A stretch of DNA of 35,321 nt from assembly GCA_965369865.1 (NCBI GenBank), contig CBDURU010000024.1:1-35321 (forward strand). The letters are read 5' to 3'. The notes beneath the pieces are model-generated. The model saw only the letters and a program-made list of their open reading frames with translations, did no database searches and was not told the DNA's origin. Shown here piece after piece: positions 1 through 8,571 of the stretch (within the stretch, counting starts at the first letter, position 1; each line of letters starts with the position of its first letter). Position numbers and translations under genes: made by a program. The stretch is from an uncultured bacterium (lineage in GTDB: Bacteria > JAJVIF01 > JAPKYR01).

Positions 1-406
1 CATCCCTGAACATACCGTACTCATTATTGTCCCCGGTTCCGCCATCAATGTCCAGATCGATATATCCCTCAAAGTCAGAATCAACACTGCGGCGGTAGAT
101 AGGCCATGCCACCTGTTGATCGAACGGATCCCAGGTGTCGCTGGCGATTGGGAATCCCCCGGTCGCCCAGTCACGGTATGCTTCAAGTCTCAACGGGGCA
201 ATTTCCGTGGCATGCCTGATATCGTTCGCGATGTAATTCAGCGCGACTCTCGCGTTCTGCTGAGCTACGGTACGCTCATCACCGGATTTCAATGTCTCGA
301 ACGTTGCCAGGACCACCCCTACGAATATCGAAAAGAAGATACCGGCTATCATTAATGCCACCAGCATCTCTACCAGGGTGAAACCTTTCTGTTGCCTTAG
401 ATTCAT
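1..406 (-). CDS. Prepilin-type N-terminal methylation protein, PilW/PulJ-like minor pilin (3' end truncated by window edge)
   Basis: Not in ORF track; manual translation from ATG at 406: MNLRQQKG|FTLVEMLVALMIAGIFFSIFVGVV...AQQNARVALNYIANDIRHA...DLDIDGGTGDNN, open to position 1. Class III signal with E5; the 'QQNAR..L..I..DIR.A' helix is typical of PilW/PulJ. Confidence 0.85.
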   Translation of the reverse strand, partial: MNLRQQKGFTLVEMLVALMIAGIFFSIFVGVVLATFETLKSGDERTVAQQNARVALNYIANDIRHATEIAPLRLEAYRDWATGGFPIASDTWDPFDQQVAWPIYRRSVDSDFEGYIDLDIDGGTGDNNEYGMFRD

Positions 407-557
407 AGCTTTATCCCATGTAATTAATGTGTTGGGGAGTACTGCCAGCGGCGTATCGCCACCCATATAAATATCACGATTACTACCTGGTAATCCGCCG
501 GGTCCTCCAATTATAAAACGCGGATGACCCGACGAATCGAATTAATCAATTTAAAAA

Positions 558-1637
558 TCAGCTTCCCTCGACCCTGACCTGGTCCTCGTATTTGGTCGCG
601 ATAACAGCCATCGCGCCAACAAGAGCCTGCTTGACGACCCATTCGTACGCTGTCAGGTCGCTTGGATCATCATGTTCGGGATCCCCATCACCGAGGGGTC
701 TCGGGAATTCAGGTAAAACGCTGCTATATCTGTTCCGCAGAGCGGTGTCATCGCTGCCGTAAATAACGATCCAGTAGTTCCGGCAATACCTCATGAAATC
801 AGGTGCTGTCGGGTCGGTCTGGACAGGATCGAGCGGAATGTAGGCGAAATTGCCTTCCGGGAAACTCGCCTGTTGAATCTCGCCCCTGGTTATTTCAAAG
901 TCAAAGTTAGGATCGTATGTCAAGGGCCAGTTAATGTCCCCGCGAAATCGTCGGTCTCGGTTATCGATATCGGCAGGGGCCGGGAAATCATAGACACCCG
1001 GATTTGTTATCGTTGATGAATTTCCGTCCCATCCATACCACATTGGCTCCGATATCCTGACCGGAGACGGGTCCAGGTTAAATATGTCGTTAGCGATTTG
1101 TGGAGGATCCTCGAATTCGATGCCGAACATGTTCAGCATGGGGATCGCCTGGTCGGTAACCCACTGGATATTGGTCCGGAATGGATTTTCAGGATAAATC
1201 TCCAGGGCGCCGTCGCCAACGAGCCTGTCCGGAATCTGGAAAGGCGGTATTGGCGGATTTCCAGGCTGTGGTGCGATTGGAGTGAAATAGAAACCATCCA
1301 GGAAATCCAGGAATTGATCCTGTGGTTTTACCACTCCACCTCCGATCAGCGCACGCATGGCGTATAGCGTGTCGGGTTCTGTACCCCAGGACGTAAAGAA
1401 CGGCTCAATACCATCTTCATCGCATGATGGGACGGCCAGGCCGGGGTATAGTCCGTCATGGGCGGAAGCGAAGGTTTCCAGAGCGGTTTGTATCACATGA
1501 GCTCCGGTCATAACTTTTGCTTCTTTAGCCTTAATTCTGATCTTCTGCAAGTTCGGTACCGCAAGGGCGACCAAGATCCCGATTACGGTAATTACTACGA
1601 GAAGTTCAACAAGAGTAAAACCTTTCTGTCGATTCAT
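558..1637 (-). CDS. Large type IV pilin / PulG-like pseudopilin (about 359 aa, acidic C-terminal domain)
   Basis: MNRQKG|FTLVELLVVITVIGILVALAVP...KAKEAKV...IQTALETF...GLYP. Start moved from 1736 to ATG 1637, which follows a GAGGTGG RBS. Confidence 0.88.
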   Translation of the reverse strand: MNRQKGFTLVELLVVITVIGILVALAVPNLQKIRIKAKEAKVMTGAHVIQTALETFASAHDGLYPGLAVPSCDEDGIEPFFTSWGTEPDTLYAMRALIGGGVVKPQDQFLDFLDGFYFTPIAPQPGNPPIPPFQIPDRLVGDGALEIYPENPFRTNIQWVTDQAIPMLNMFGIEFEDPPQIANDIFNLDPSPVRISEPMWYGWDGNSSTITNPGVYDFPAPADIDNRDRRFRGDINWPLTYDPNFDFEITRGEIQQASFPEGNFAYIPLDPVQTDPTAPDFMRYCRNYWIVIYGSDDTALRNRYSSVLPEFPRPLGDGDPEHDDPSDLTAYEWVVKQALVGAMAVIATKYEDQVRVEGS

Positions 1638-1772
1638 TATTTTTTCCACCTCGAACATTTGATACGACTGGGAAGCGGGATAACTTTCATCCCGGTGAGG
1701 CTTTATATTTCCTTGATATGTAATTTTCTTTTTCAAATTCCCCTGCCCTGATAATTATTTTATTGGTCACCA

Positions 1773-3296
1773 TCAATCGGTCAGATACGGCAATCCCAGG
1801 TGACCGATATCGCATGGATCATGTTCATCATTGCTCGAATCGTTGTCGGGTAAAGTTAAAGCCCTGGCCGGGTTAGAATCATCGGATCCTACAGTCGATA
1901 GTATGAACCGCCTGCCCGGCGCCCATTCCTTGCTGGTTCCATCAAGGTTTATGGTGTTATAGAAAGTTCTCTCAAGACGAACCCTTCTGGCGCCGCCATA
2001 TGATTCCATCGGAAGCTCTTCGTAATATCCATCGCCATCGGGATCGACCAGTTCAATTTCACCTTCACCGGTCAGGTAGAAGACCGTAACAATAATCCTG
2101 ATGCCGTAAGTCTGCGATTGGTAATTAACCCCGAAAGGGTCTATTTCAACAAAGCCTGTATCCGCCATTCCGACATCGAAATTGGTCAGACCGGTTGAGA
2201 GCGGAAGATCACGTCGCAAACACAGCCTGAGCCTCCGAATCTCAGGGTCTGAATAATTATCGATTACCCTTCGATCCCGAATATAGAGCTGATCGACCCA
2301 GGTAGTTTCGTCCCTTGGATCGGGGAGGACAGGCGTAGGATCGATAAAGGTGGTCATACGGACGAAATTTTTGAACGTTGCTTCGCGATGGCGGTAATCA
2401 CTGACTCCGGCACGGTGTGCGCGATCCATCAGCAGACCGTAATCGAGTATCGGGGTTGGTGACTCACGGTATCGAACCTGGCGGTACATCGGATCCATAC
2501 TCGATACATAGCTTCCCTCGACTATCGTGTCGAACAACCCGTCACCGGGGACCCACGTGTCGCCCAGTGCTGCAGCGGGTGTACCATCGAATTCGGTATC
2601 CGAGTACATTCTAAGCAGCCCGTTTGTCGCGATCTCGATATCTTCCCAATCGACTCCACCTGAACCAAGAATTCCAGCTTCACCGTCTCTGTCAAGGTCA
2701 TCATCGCACAGACCGTTAAAATTCGGGTCGAGCAGAAGCCCGGTATAGTTGTTGTAATAATCGCGATAAACTGGAACCGGGTAATCCTCATCGTACGAGT
2801 CAGTCGGATCAAAATACCATTCAAGGGGTTCAGTATCGATATCATCCCTGTTGTCGTATGCGTCCGGGGCGCATGGGTTCAAGGGATCTCCAAATCCATC
2901 GAATCGGTGAGTCGGTGGCAATGGATTTTCATGGTAGGGAAAACCAGGCGAGTAGATCTCGTTGTAATAATGAAGAGCCCCGTAGTTATTTACTTCGCAA
3001 AGCTCCAGTCTTTCCTGCCCGAGCTGGATCGCCTGTGAATAGAGAGCGGCGTTCTGAATTACGGTCAGGCTCTTGACATAAAGACTTGCCAGGGGAAGGA
3101 TAACGAGTAACAGAATTGTTATCGCTACCATAACTTCCAGAAGGGTGAAACCCTTTGTGTTTCTGCTTAATTGTCTACAACGGGTGATCATGTGATGCCC
3201 CGAAGATCGTTTGTGATAAGGCATTGGAAGCAAGATAAACCCGCGATCAGTAAATCCGTATTTTTTGTTCGATTTCAAAAACTTTACTCCGATCAC
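1773..3296 (-). CDS. Large PilV/PulI-like minor pilin with acidic DxDxDG motifs
   Basis: KG|FTLLEVMVAITILLLVILPL...A..L.QERLE pattern; DDDLDRDGE and DPDGDGY motifs. GTG 3296 has an AAGGAG RBS; alternative ATG at 3191. Confidence 0.82.
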   Translation of the reverse strand: MIGVKFLKSNKKYGFTDRGFILLPMPYHKRSSGHHMITRCRQLSRNTKGFTLLEVMVAITILLLVILPLASLYVKSLTVIQNAALYSQAIQLGQERLELCEVNNYGALHYYNEIYSPGFPYHENPLPPTHRFDGFGDPLNPCAPDAYDNRDDIDTEPLEWYFDPTDSYDEDYPVPVYRDYYNNYTGLLLDPNFNGLCDDDLDRDGEAGILGSGGVDWEDIEIATNGLLRMYSDTEFDGTPAAALGDTWVPGDGLFDTIVEGSYVSSMDPMYRQVRYRESPTPILDYGLLMDRAHRAGVSDYRHREATFKNFVRMTTFIDPTPVLPDPRDETTWVDQLYIRDRRVIDNYSDPEIRRLRLCLRRDLPLSTGLTNFDVGMADTGFVEIDPFGVNYQSQTYGIRIIVTVFYLTGEGEIELVDPDGDGYYEELPMESYGGARRVRLERTFYNTINLDGTSKEWAPGRRFILSTVGSDDSNPARALTLPDNDSSNDEHDPCDIGHLGLPYLTD

Positions 3297-3361
3297 TCCG
3301 CGAACTCCTTACATCCCTCCAGTCGATACTGCTGACTTCTTATAACAATGCCCTTGATTTA

Positions 3362-3375
3362 ATTCTATCAGTAAA
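3362..3375 (-). promoter_or_regulatory. Extended -10-like element TTTACTGATAGAAT upstream of the PilV-like gene
   Basis: TG-n-TAGAAT; the identical 14-mer occurs at 5896-5909 upstream of pilD. Confidence 0.5.
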
Positions 3376-3389
3376 TTTAAACTGTAAGC

Positions 3390-4544
3390 TTAGTAAAATT
3401 TTATCCCGAAATCCTGGTCCAGCTTGTCAAGTTCGGATACTACGTAATTCCGGATGACCAGGCGTCCCGACAAATTATTCAAGGTAATTACCTTGCCGTA
3501 TGAATCGCTGTTTGAATCTTCAAGTGAGAGAGTCGTGTACGCGCTTATCGGTTCATTCGGGCCTTCATCTCCCTGTACAACCAGCGTTGGATTGTAGAGG
3601 TTGAAGGATTCCGGGTTATAATCTTCCGTCCGGGCCTGCATGCGAAGCTGTGTAGCGCCAAGACGGCCCGGTGAAAGGTCGATTATCTCATCACTGTGAT
3701 CATTCGAATCGGCAACGTCCCAACTGGCACACACGGTCCCGTCAGGGAAAAACACTATGAACATAAGCGGAAAGTGCGACAGTACACCGTTACGTTTCCC
3801 AAGAGGTTGGGTTCCATCTCCCCACGACTGAGAGATCAACCTGAGATCCACCTCAAAAGGCACGATATTGTCCCCCCCCACTCCACCGGTATCGGAGAAA
3901 TCACGCGTGATATTTGTTATATCTCCATCTGAATCAAGGCTGATCCTTAATTTCGGGCTGAGTGTACGAATCGGTTGATTTCCCGGGTAAGTCGGCATCA
4001 GTAAGACATCCGGATCGAGATATGTCCCATCCGTGTCAATATAAACCCACGCAAGGTTTACATCATCCCATATAACATCCGGGTCTTCAGGCACTGTGTT
4101 TGAGTCTTCAGAATCGGGACCGTCGCCCCACCATGAATCACCATCGCCATCCAAATCGCCGTCGTAATCACCGATTTCAGGATTACGACCGATCGGATCA
4201 TTAGGTCCGTTTACAGGATCGGCGTAGGCTTGCCAGCCCTGGGATGTCCATAACCGGTACATATCGATTTCCGGCAGGAACTCCATGTAAACCTTGGCGT
4301 TATCCCTTAAGGAAAACAGCCTGCCCTGGCGAATCTGTGCGGCAAAACGATTGGTTTCGCTGCTGAGCATTCTCTGCGGACGGGTGGCTATGTAGCCCGG
4401 AACTGTAAGGGAGACCAGGATTACGAAAACACCCAGCACAACAAGGAGTTCAACAAGCGTAAAACCGCTTTCAGGTTTCCTTCTGCTGAAACCATTTAAC
4501 CTTTGAGAACTCATATGTCTCTTTCTCATTTCAGTTATCACCAT
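3390..4544 (-). CDS. Large FimT/FimU/GspH-like minor pilin
   Basis: SG|FTLVELLVVLGVFVILVSLTVPGY...F...IRQGR..S helix; 'FFPDG' and a C-terminal 'ITLNNLSGRL' typical of GspH/FimT; DYDGDLDGDGD insert. Start may be 4514. Confidence 0.85.
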   Translation of the reverse strand: MVITEMRKRHMSSQRLNGFSRRKPESGFTLVELLVVLGVFVILVSLTVPGYIATRPQRMLSSETNRFAAQIRQGRLFSLRDNAKVYMEFLPEIDMYRLWTSQGWQAYADPVNGPNDPIGRNPEIGDYDGDLDGDGDSWWGDGPDSEDSNTVPEDPDVIWDDVNLAWVYIDTDGTYLDPDVLLMPTYPGNQPIRTLSPKLRISLDSDGDITNITRDFSDTGGVGGDNIVPFEVDLRLISQSWGDGTQPLGKRNGVLSHFPLMFIVFFPDGTVCASWDVADSNDHSDEIIDLSPGRLGATQLRMQARTEDYNPESFNLYNPTLVVQGDEGPNEPISAYTTLSLEDSNSDSYGKVITLNNLSGRLVIRNYVVSELDKLDQDFGIKFY

Positions 4545-4792
4545 TGGGCTGGGGTTAAGGCCCCGAAGAGGCCCGCTTGGAACTTCGACATTAACTATAT
4601 ATCATAACACACCAAAATCGCTTTTTGAAGTCCGCTGTTGGTTTGGACCTTGTCCCCAAAATAAAAAATAATCTCAATTTCTTTATACATCCGGACATTA
4701 ATTGATCGGGAGGGGAGATACGGAAGAAGGCCTCAATTACATATACCCCATGATTTCCTGTTCCGCAAGGTCTTTTTACAGAAAATTAATAG

Positions 4793-5746
4793 TTATGGTG
4801 GTCCCCCGCCACCGGCGAATGTCACAAAATACCAGTTCAGAATTTTATGCCCCCAGAAAAACCCGACCAAACCTCCAAACGCAAGGAACGGTCCAAACGG
4901 AATTTTCGATTTCCTCGTGACTCTTTTGAATAATAATAGAATCCCACCGATTACCCCCCCTGTGACAAATCCCACAAACATTGTCGGACCCAGGGCCTTG
5001 ATTCCCACAAAAGCCCCGATCATCGCCATCAGCTTCCAGTCCCCTCCACCCATTCCTCCGAACAGGTACAGGATGAAAAGAAATCCACCCCCGACCAGAA
5101 GTCCGATAATCGATTGAAGTATCGCGTCCAGGGCTCCGGAGGTTCCGAGCGACGCAATTGTCGGGCGATCCAGGGGAGCGATCACCGCCAGGGCAAGCCC
5201 GATCACCACTCCAGGAATTGTAATCCGATCCGGAAGAAGTTCGTGCTCGAGATCGATGATTGTCAAAATCAAAAGAAAACTGCAGAAAATAAATCCCTTA
5301 AACATAAACAGCATCGTGACAATATTCGGCGAGAAACCAAGTGGTGGAGTTCCACCCAGATCGAACGTGAAAACCTGCCCGTAAGTCAACCCGAATCCCC
5401 CATTTTCCATCGGGAGGGTGTAAATCCACGCGATCACCAGGATATATAACAATCCACTCAATAACTCGACCATGAAATACCTGACCGAGAATTTTGCCCC
5501 GCAGTAACGACATCGCCCTTTGAGAACCAGGTAGCTCACGAGCGGAATATTGTAATACCACGGAATCTCGGTACCACAGGATGTGCAATGGCTTTTTGGT
5601 GACCAGAGAGACCTGAAATAAGGCAGCCTGTGAATCACAACATTTGAAAGGCTCCCGATTACAGCTCCGATAAGGAAAGCCATGATCATCGGAGTATAAA
5701 AGATCAGCGTGATTAGATTACGCTCGTATTGGTTTAGATATTCCAT
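4793..5746 (-). CDS. pilD: Prepilin peptidase / N-methyltransferase (peptidase A24)
   Basis: GSLSNVVIHRLP, two CxxC (CTSC, CRYC), IIDLEH catalytic Asp, GMGGGDWKL GxGD motif, IPFGPFL. Confidence 0.95.
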   Translation of the reverse strand: MEYLNQYERNLITLIFYTPMIMAFLIGAVIGSLSNVVIHRLPYFRSLWSPKSHCTSCGTEIPWYYNIPLVSYLVLKGRCRYCGAKFSVRYFMVELLSGLLYILVIAWIYTLPMENGGFGLTYGQVFTFDLGGTPPLGFSPNIVTMLFMFKGFIFCSFLLILTIIDLEHELLPDRITIPGVVIGLALAVIAPLDRPTIASLGTSGALDAILQSIIGLLVGGGFLFILYLFGGMGGGDWKLMAMIGAFVGIKALGPTMFVGFVTGGVIGGILLLFKRVTRKSKIPFGPFLAFGGLVGFFWGHKILNWYFVTFAGGGGPP

Positions 5747-5895
5747 AACAATTGGATGTTTAAAGCCCGTAGCCCAGACTTCGAATAAAAAAAATATTCT
5801 GGGGGCTGGAATTCAAATTATAATCTACATAATAATTATCTGAAGATATTGTTTCAGGATACCACGATTACTATAAATTTTATTAGTCATGCCGG

Positions 5896-5916
5896 ATTCT
5901 ATCAGTAAAAAAAAAA
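5896..5916 (-). promoter_or_regulatory. Extended -10-like element with adjacent T10 tract upstream of pilD
   Basis: Minus strand reads TTTTTTTTTTACTGATAGAAT. Confidence 0.45.
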
Positions 5917-6078
5917 GGGCCTTCCCCAATACCGGCGATTGAATCTTTGGTGGCGTAAGCACGGTAATGTTAATCACTCCGACTATTGTCGCAGTGAAAT
6001 GAGCACATTCAGGGAATTCTCGGTACTGTGCAAGTGGGATATTCAGAGGTTATAGAAATATTTAAAGAAACTGCCTGT

Positions 6079-7236
6079 TCAAAACGGTCTTGGTAGGAAT
6101 AAATCCGAAAAAGCATCAAAAACATATCTGTCTGTAAGAGTAGAGATGAAATCAATAATAATTCTCGTGTGTAACAATCCCTCATCAGAAGATATTTCTT
6201 CGTCAAAATAAAGGGTTCTTCGACTATTAATGAAATCACCCAGCATAGTGAAAACCTTTGGGACACCATTTGAATATTCGGATATGTTATCCTTATGTTC
6301 GTTGACAAAATCGAGAAGTTTACCAAAAAGGATCTCAAGCATACCCGATACACGGTCCATATAGCCAGAGATCATGTCAGTTTTATATATGTGTTCGTAG
6401 TTGAAATCAACCATATCTTGCATTACTTCAGAAGCATTATCAGAAAGGCCGATTTCAGTGGAAGTAGAATTTTCAATTATATCTCTGACAAAATAATCTA
6501 CGATTTCACCATTTTTCGATCCAATCTGAGTTCTAATCTTTGCAGGCAACACATCCTCTACAATAAAACTATTTATTATTGCGTCTTCAATATCTCTACC
6601 CAGGTAGGATACTTTGTCAACAAGCCTGACAACACAACCCTCAATAGTGCATGGAGTTGTATCTATCGAACCAACTTCCTTGAATTGCGGAATTTCAGAT
6701 ATCTGGATTCTTGTAGCTTTACTTTCACCATTATGGTTTGCGATACCATCACGAACGGCAAGGGTCAGATTCAAGCCGATAATTGGTTTATTGATGCGAG
6801 GTTTTTCGATTTTATCAACGATTCTCAGGCTGTGCTTTTCGTGTTTGAATCCCCCAATGCTTTGAGCAAGTCCATTTAGTACTTCCTCCCCGGCGTGGCC
6901 AAAGGGAGTGTGTCCAAGGTCGTGCCCTAATCCAATAGCACCAGCAAGAGTTGGGTCACATGCGATACCTTTTTCATTAAAATTACGGCAGATAATTGAC
7001 GAAATCGAAGCTACATAAAGGGAATGATCCAATCTTGTGCATATGTGATCATTGTTGGGAAAGTGAAAAACTTGTGTCTTATGTTTAAGACGTCTGAACG
7101 CATGTGAGTAAAGAATTGCAGTATAGTCACGTTCATAATCTGTGCGCCCACCTAATTCTTCAAGAGGCTCCAAACGTTCGGTAAGTCTACTCTCTATTTC
7201 CGTTTCCATCCTGTTCTCCTGAACTCTCTGATCCAT
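6079..7236 (-). CDS. dGTP triphosphohydrolase-like HD-domain protein (short dGTPase family)
   Basis: RTDYERD...SHAFRRLKHKTQVF...TRLDHS...GHDLGHTPFGHAGE...LVDKVSY...DIEDA...DFISTLTDRY. Likely start ATG 7209 (AGGAG RBS). Visibly AT-richer than neighbours. Confidence 0.9.
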   Translation of the reverse strand: MDQRVQENRMETEIESRLTERLEPLEELGGRTDYERDYTAILYSHAFRRLKHKTQVFHFPNNDHICTRLDHSLYVASISSIICRNFNEKGIACDPTLAGAIGLGHDLGHTPFGHAGEEVLNGLAQSIGGFKHEKHSLRIVDKIEKPRINKPIIGLNLTLAVRDGIANHNGESKATRIQISEIPQFKEVGSIDTTPCTIEGCVVRLVDKVSYLGRDIEDAIINSFIVEDVLPAKIRTQIGSKNGEIVDYFVRDIIENSTSTEIGLSDNASEVMQDMVDFNYEHIYKTDMISGYMDRVSGMLEILFGKLLDFVNEHKDNISEYSNGVPKVFTMLGDFINSRRTLYFDEEISSDEGLLHTRIIIDFISTLTDRYVFDAFSDLFLPRPF

Positions 7237-7375
7237 TCCTTCTTGAGATAAATTTTATTTCAGAGTGAAGGCTTGGAGTATCTCCACCCAGAGTAACGGA
7301 TCGAATACCAAAAGGATCCTCGGGATTTGTGAGAGCAGGTCTTGGATTCTGGTCTTCTTTCTTCTTGGTTGCCAT
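7187..7375 (-). CDS. Small hypothetical protein (62 aa) overlapping the dGTPase start
   Basis: ATG preceded by AAGGGGA RBS; hydrophilic; no recognisable family. Confidence 0.4.
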   Translation of the reverse strand: MATKKKEDQNPRPALTNPEDPFGIRSVTLGGDTPSLHSEIKFISRRNGSESSGEQDGNGNRE

Positions 7376-7622
7376 GAACGAGTTCCCTTTTAAAATATTG
7401 CTAAGATTTATTATGTTAATTATAACTGATTAATGAGTTGATTGCATTAATAAAGTGGATTCAACACCATCCGCTTTGAAATTCATCCCATCTTCCTGCT
7501 GACCGGATTCTCGTAACCCGCGCACGGCTCGGCCTCCCCTATCAGTGCCGCAACTCTCTCAATCCAGATCAGATCGCTCAGTACACGAATTGAGAATCAT
7601 TCCCCGGTGTTGAAAAATGAAC

Positions 7623-7650
7623 AAAAAAAAGCTCCCTTCCGAGGGAGCTT
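7623..7650 (-). terminator. Intrinsic terminator after the orphan pilU-tail copy / methyltransferase
   Basis: AAGCTCCCTCGGAAGGGAGC followed by T8 on the minus strand. Confidence 0.8.
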
Positions 7651-7673
7651 GACTTCAAATTTCCATTTATTTC

Positions 7674-7772
7674 TCATTCGCTTGAGCTTCCGTAATAAGT
7701 CTGCGTGATCGGTGCGTCGTACTCGGATGACTTCCTGTGAAGGAGCAGGAGGTCGTGCTCGCTTGTCGCAGC
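7674..7772 (-). repeat. Direct-repeat copy of the last 33 codons of the pilU-like gene (partner 8572-8670)
   Basis: 93/99 nt identical by manual alignment; encodes the same AATSEHDLLLLHRKSSEYDAPITQTYYGSSSE*. Confidence 0.95.
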
Positions 7773-7777
7773 CTCTC

Positions 7778-8464
7778 TTATGGTAATTTTACTTCCGCCA
7801 CCATGAAATTTCCGATCTTCCAGCCGCGCTCCAGCCCCATCGCCTCGATCCTGTCGGCCTTGTCAATAGCTTCCGCTACCGGAGGAGCGAACAGACATCG
7901 CGTAACCATCACGTCGCCATAAGATTTCAACATTTCCTCAAGTTCCGGCTCACTGAAAAAATGAATCCCTGAATGGTGAAGGTACTCTCCCCTTCTCTGC
8001 TTTCTGTCGAGATACGAATTACTTTGAAGCACACAGACTATCAACCTGCCGTCTGGTCTGACAACTCTTGCCAGCTCCGAGATCACTTTTTCCGGGTCCG
8101 ACGCGAACTCAAGCACAGTTATCACCGCACCGACATCGAAATGGGCCGACGGAAACTGTAAATCGGACGCATCCCCAACAAGATATCGGACATTCTCAAT
8201 TCCCTTTGCCAGACGTTTCTCCTCTGCGATTTCCACCATCTCCTTCGTAATATCCACACCAGTCACATTATAACCCTTCCCGGCGAACCACTCGCTCCAG
8301 TGACCCGTTCCCGAGCCAGCCTCCAGAAGTGTCTGCTTTGGTTTGGCATCTGGAAGCAGCCTTCCAACCGCAGCCTTCTCCAAACGGTCGACCATCTGCC
8401 CGACCGGATCATCGTAGAAGGAATCATAACTGCGTGCTTTAGAGCCAAAATCGAAATGAGTCAT
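7778..8464 (-). CDS. Class I SAM-dependent methyltransferase (Methyltransf_11-like)
   Basis: LLEAGSGTG motif I, VTGVD, GDASDLQF...FD, ELARVVRPDGRL. Confidence 0.9.
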   Translation of the reverse strand: MTHFDFGSKARSYDSFYDDPVGQMVDRLEKAAVGRLLPDAKPKQTLLEAGSGTGHWSEWFAGKGYNVTGVDITKEMVEIAEEKRLAKGIENVRYLVGDASDLQFPSAHFDVGAVITVLEFASDPEKVISELARVVRPDGRLIVCVLQSNSYLDRKQRRGEYLHHSGIHFFSEPELEEMLKSYGDVMVTRCLFAPPVAEAIDKADRIEAMGLERGWKIGNFMVAEVKLP

Positions 8465-8517
8465 TTTTTAATTTGGTTATTCTCAATCTTTGTTAAAAAT
8501 AAAGAAACAGAGATTAT

Positions 8518-8544
8518 AAAAAAGCCCCTGTGTTTTGGGGCTTT
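8518..8544 (-). terminator. Intrinsic terminator of the pilU-like gene
   Basis: AAAGCCCC-AAAACACA-GGGGCTTTTTT. Confidence 0.8.
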
Positions 8545-8571
8545 ATCGAAATTTTCCCTTCGTTTTTTTAA

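Noticed and set aside
558..1637. Conductive e-pilin based on aromatic richness
   Set aside because: Aromatics lie in a large globular domain and the N-terminal helix is aromatic-poor; no cytochrome genes nearby.
7484..7600. Short GC-richer minus-strand frame (IRVLSDLIWIERVAALIGEAEP...)
   Set aside because: Possibly a gene remnant, but no start, RBS or recognisable family.
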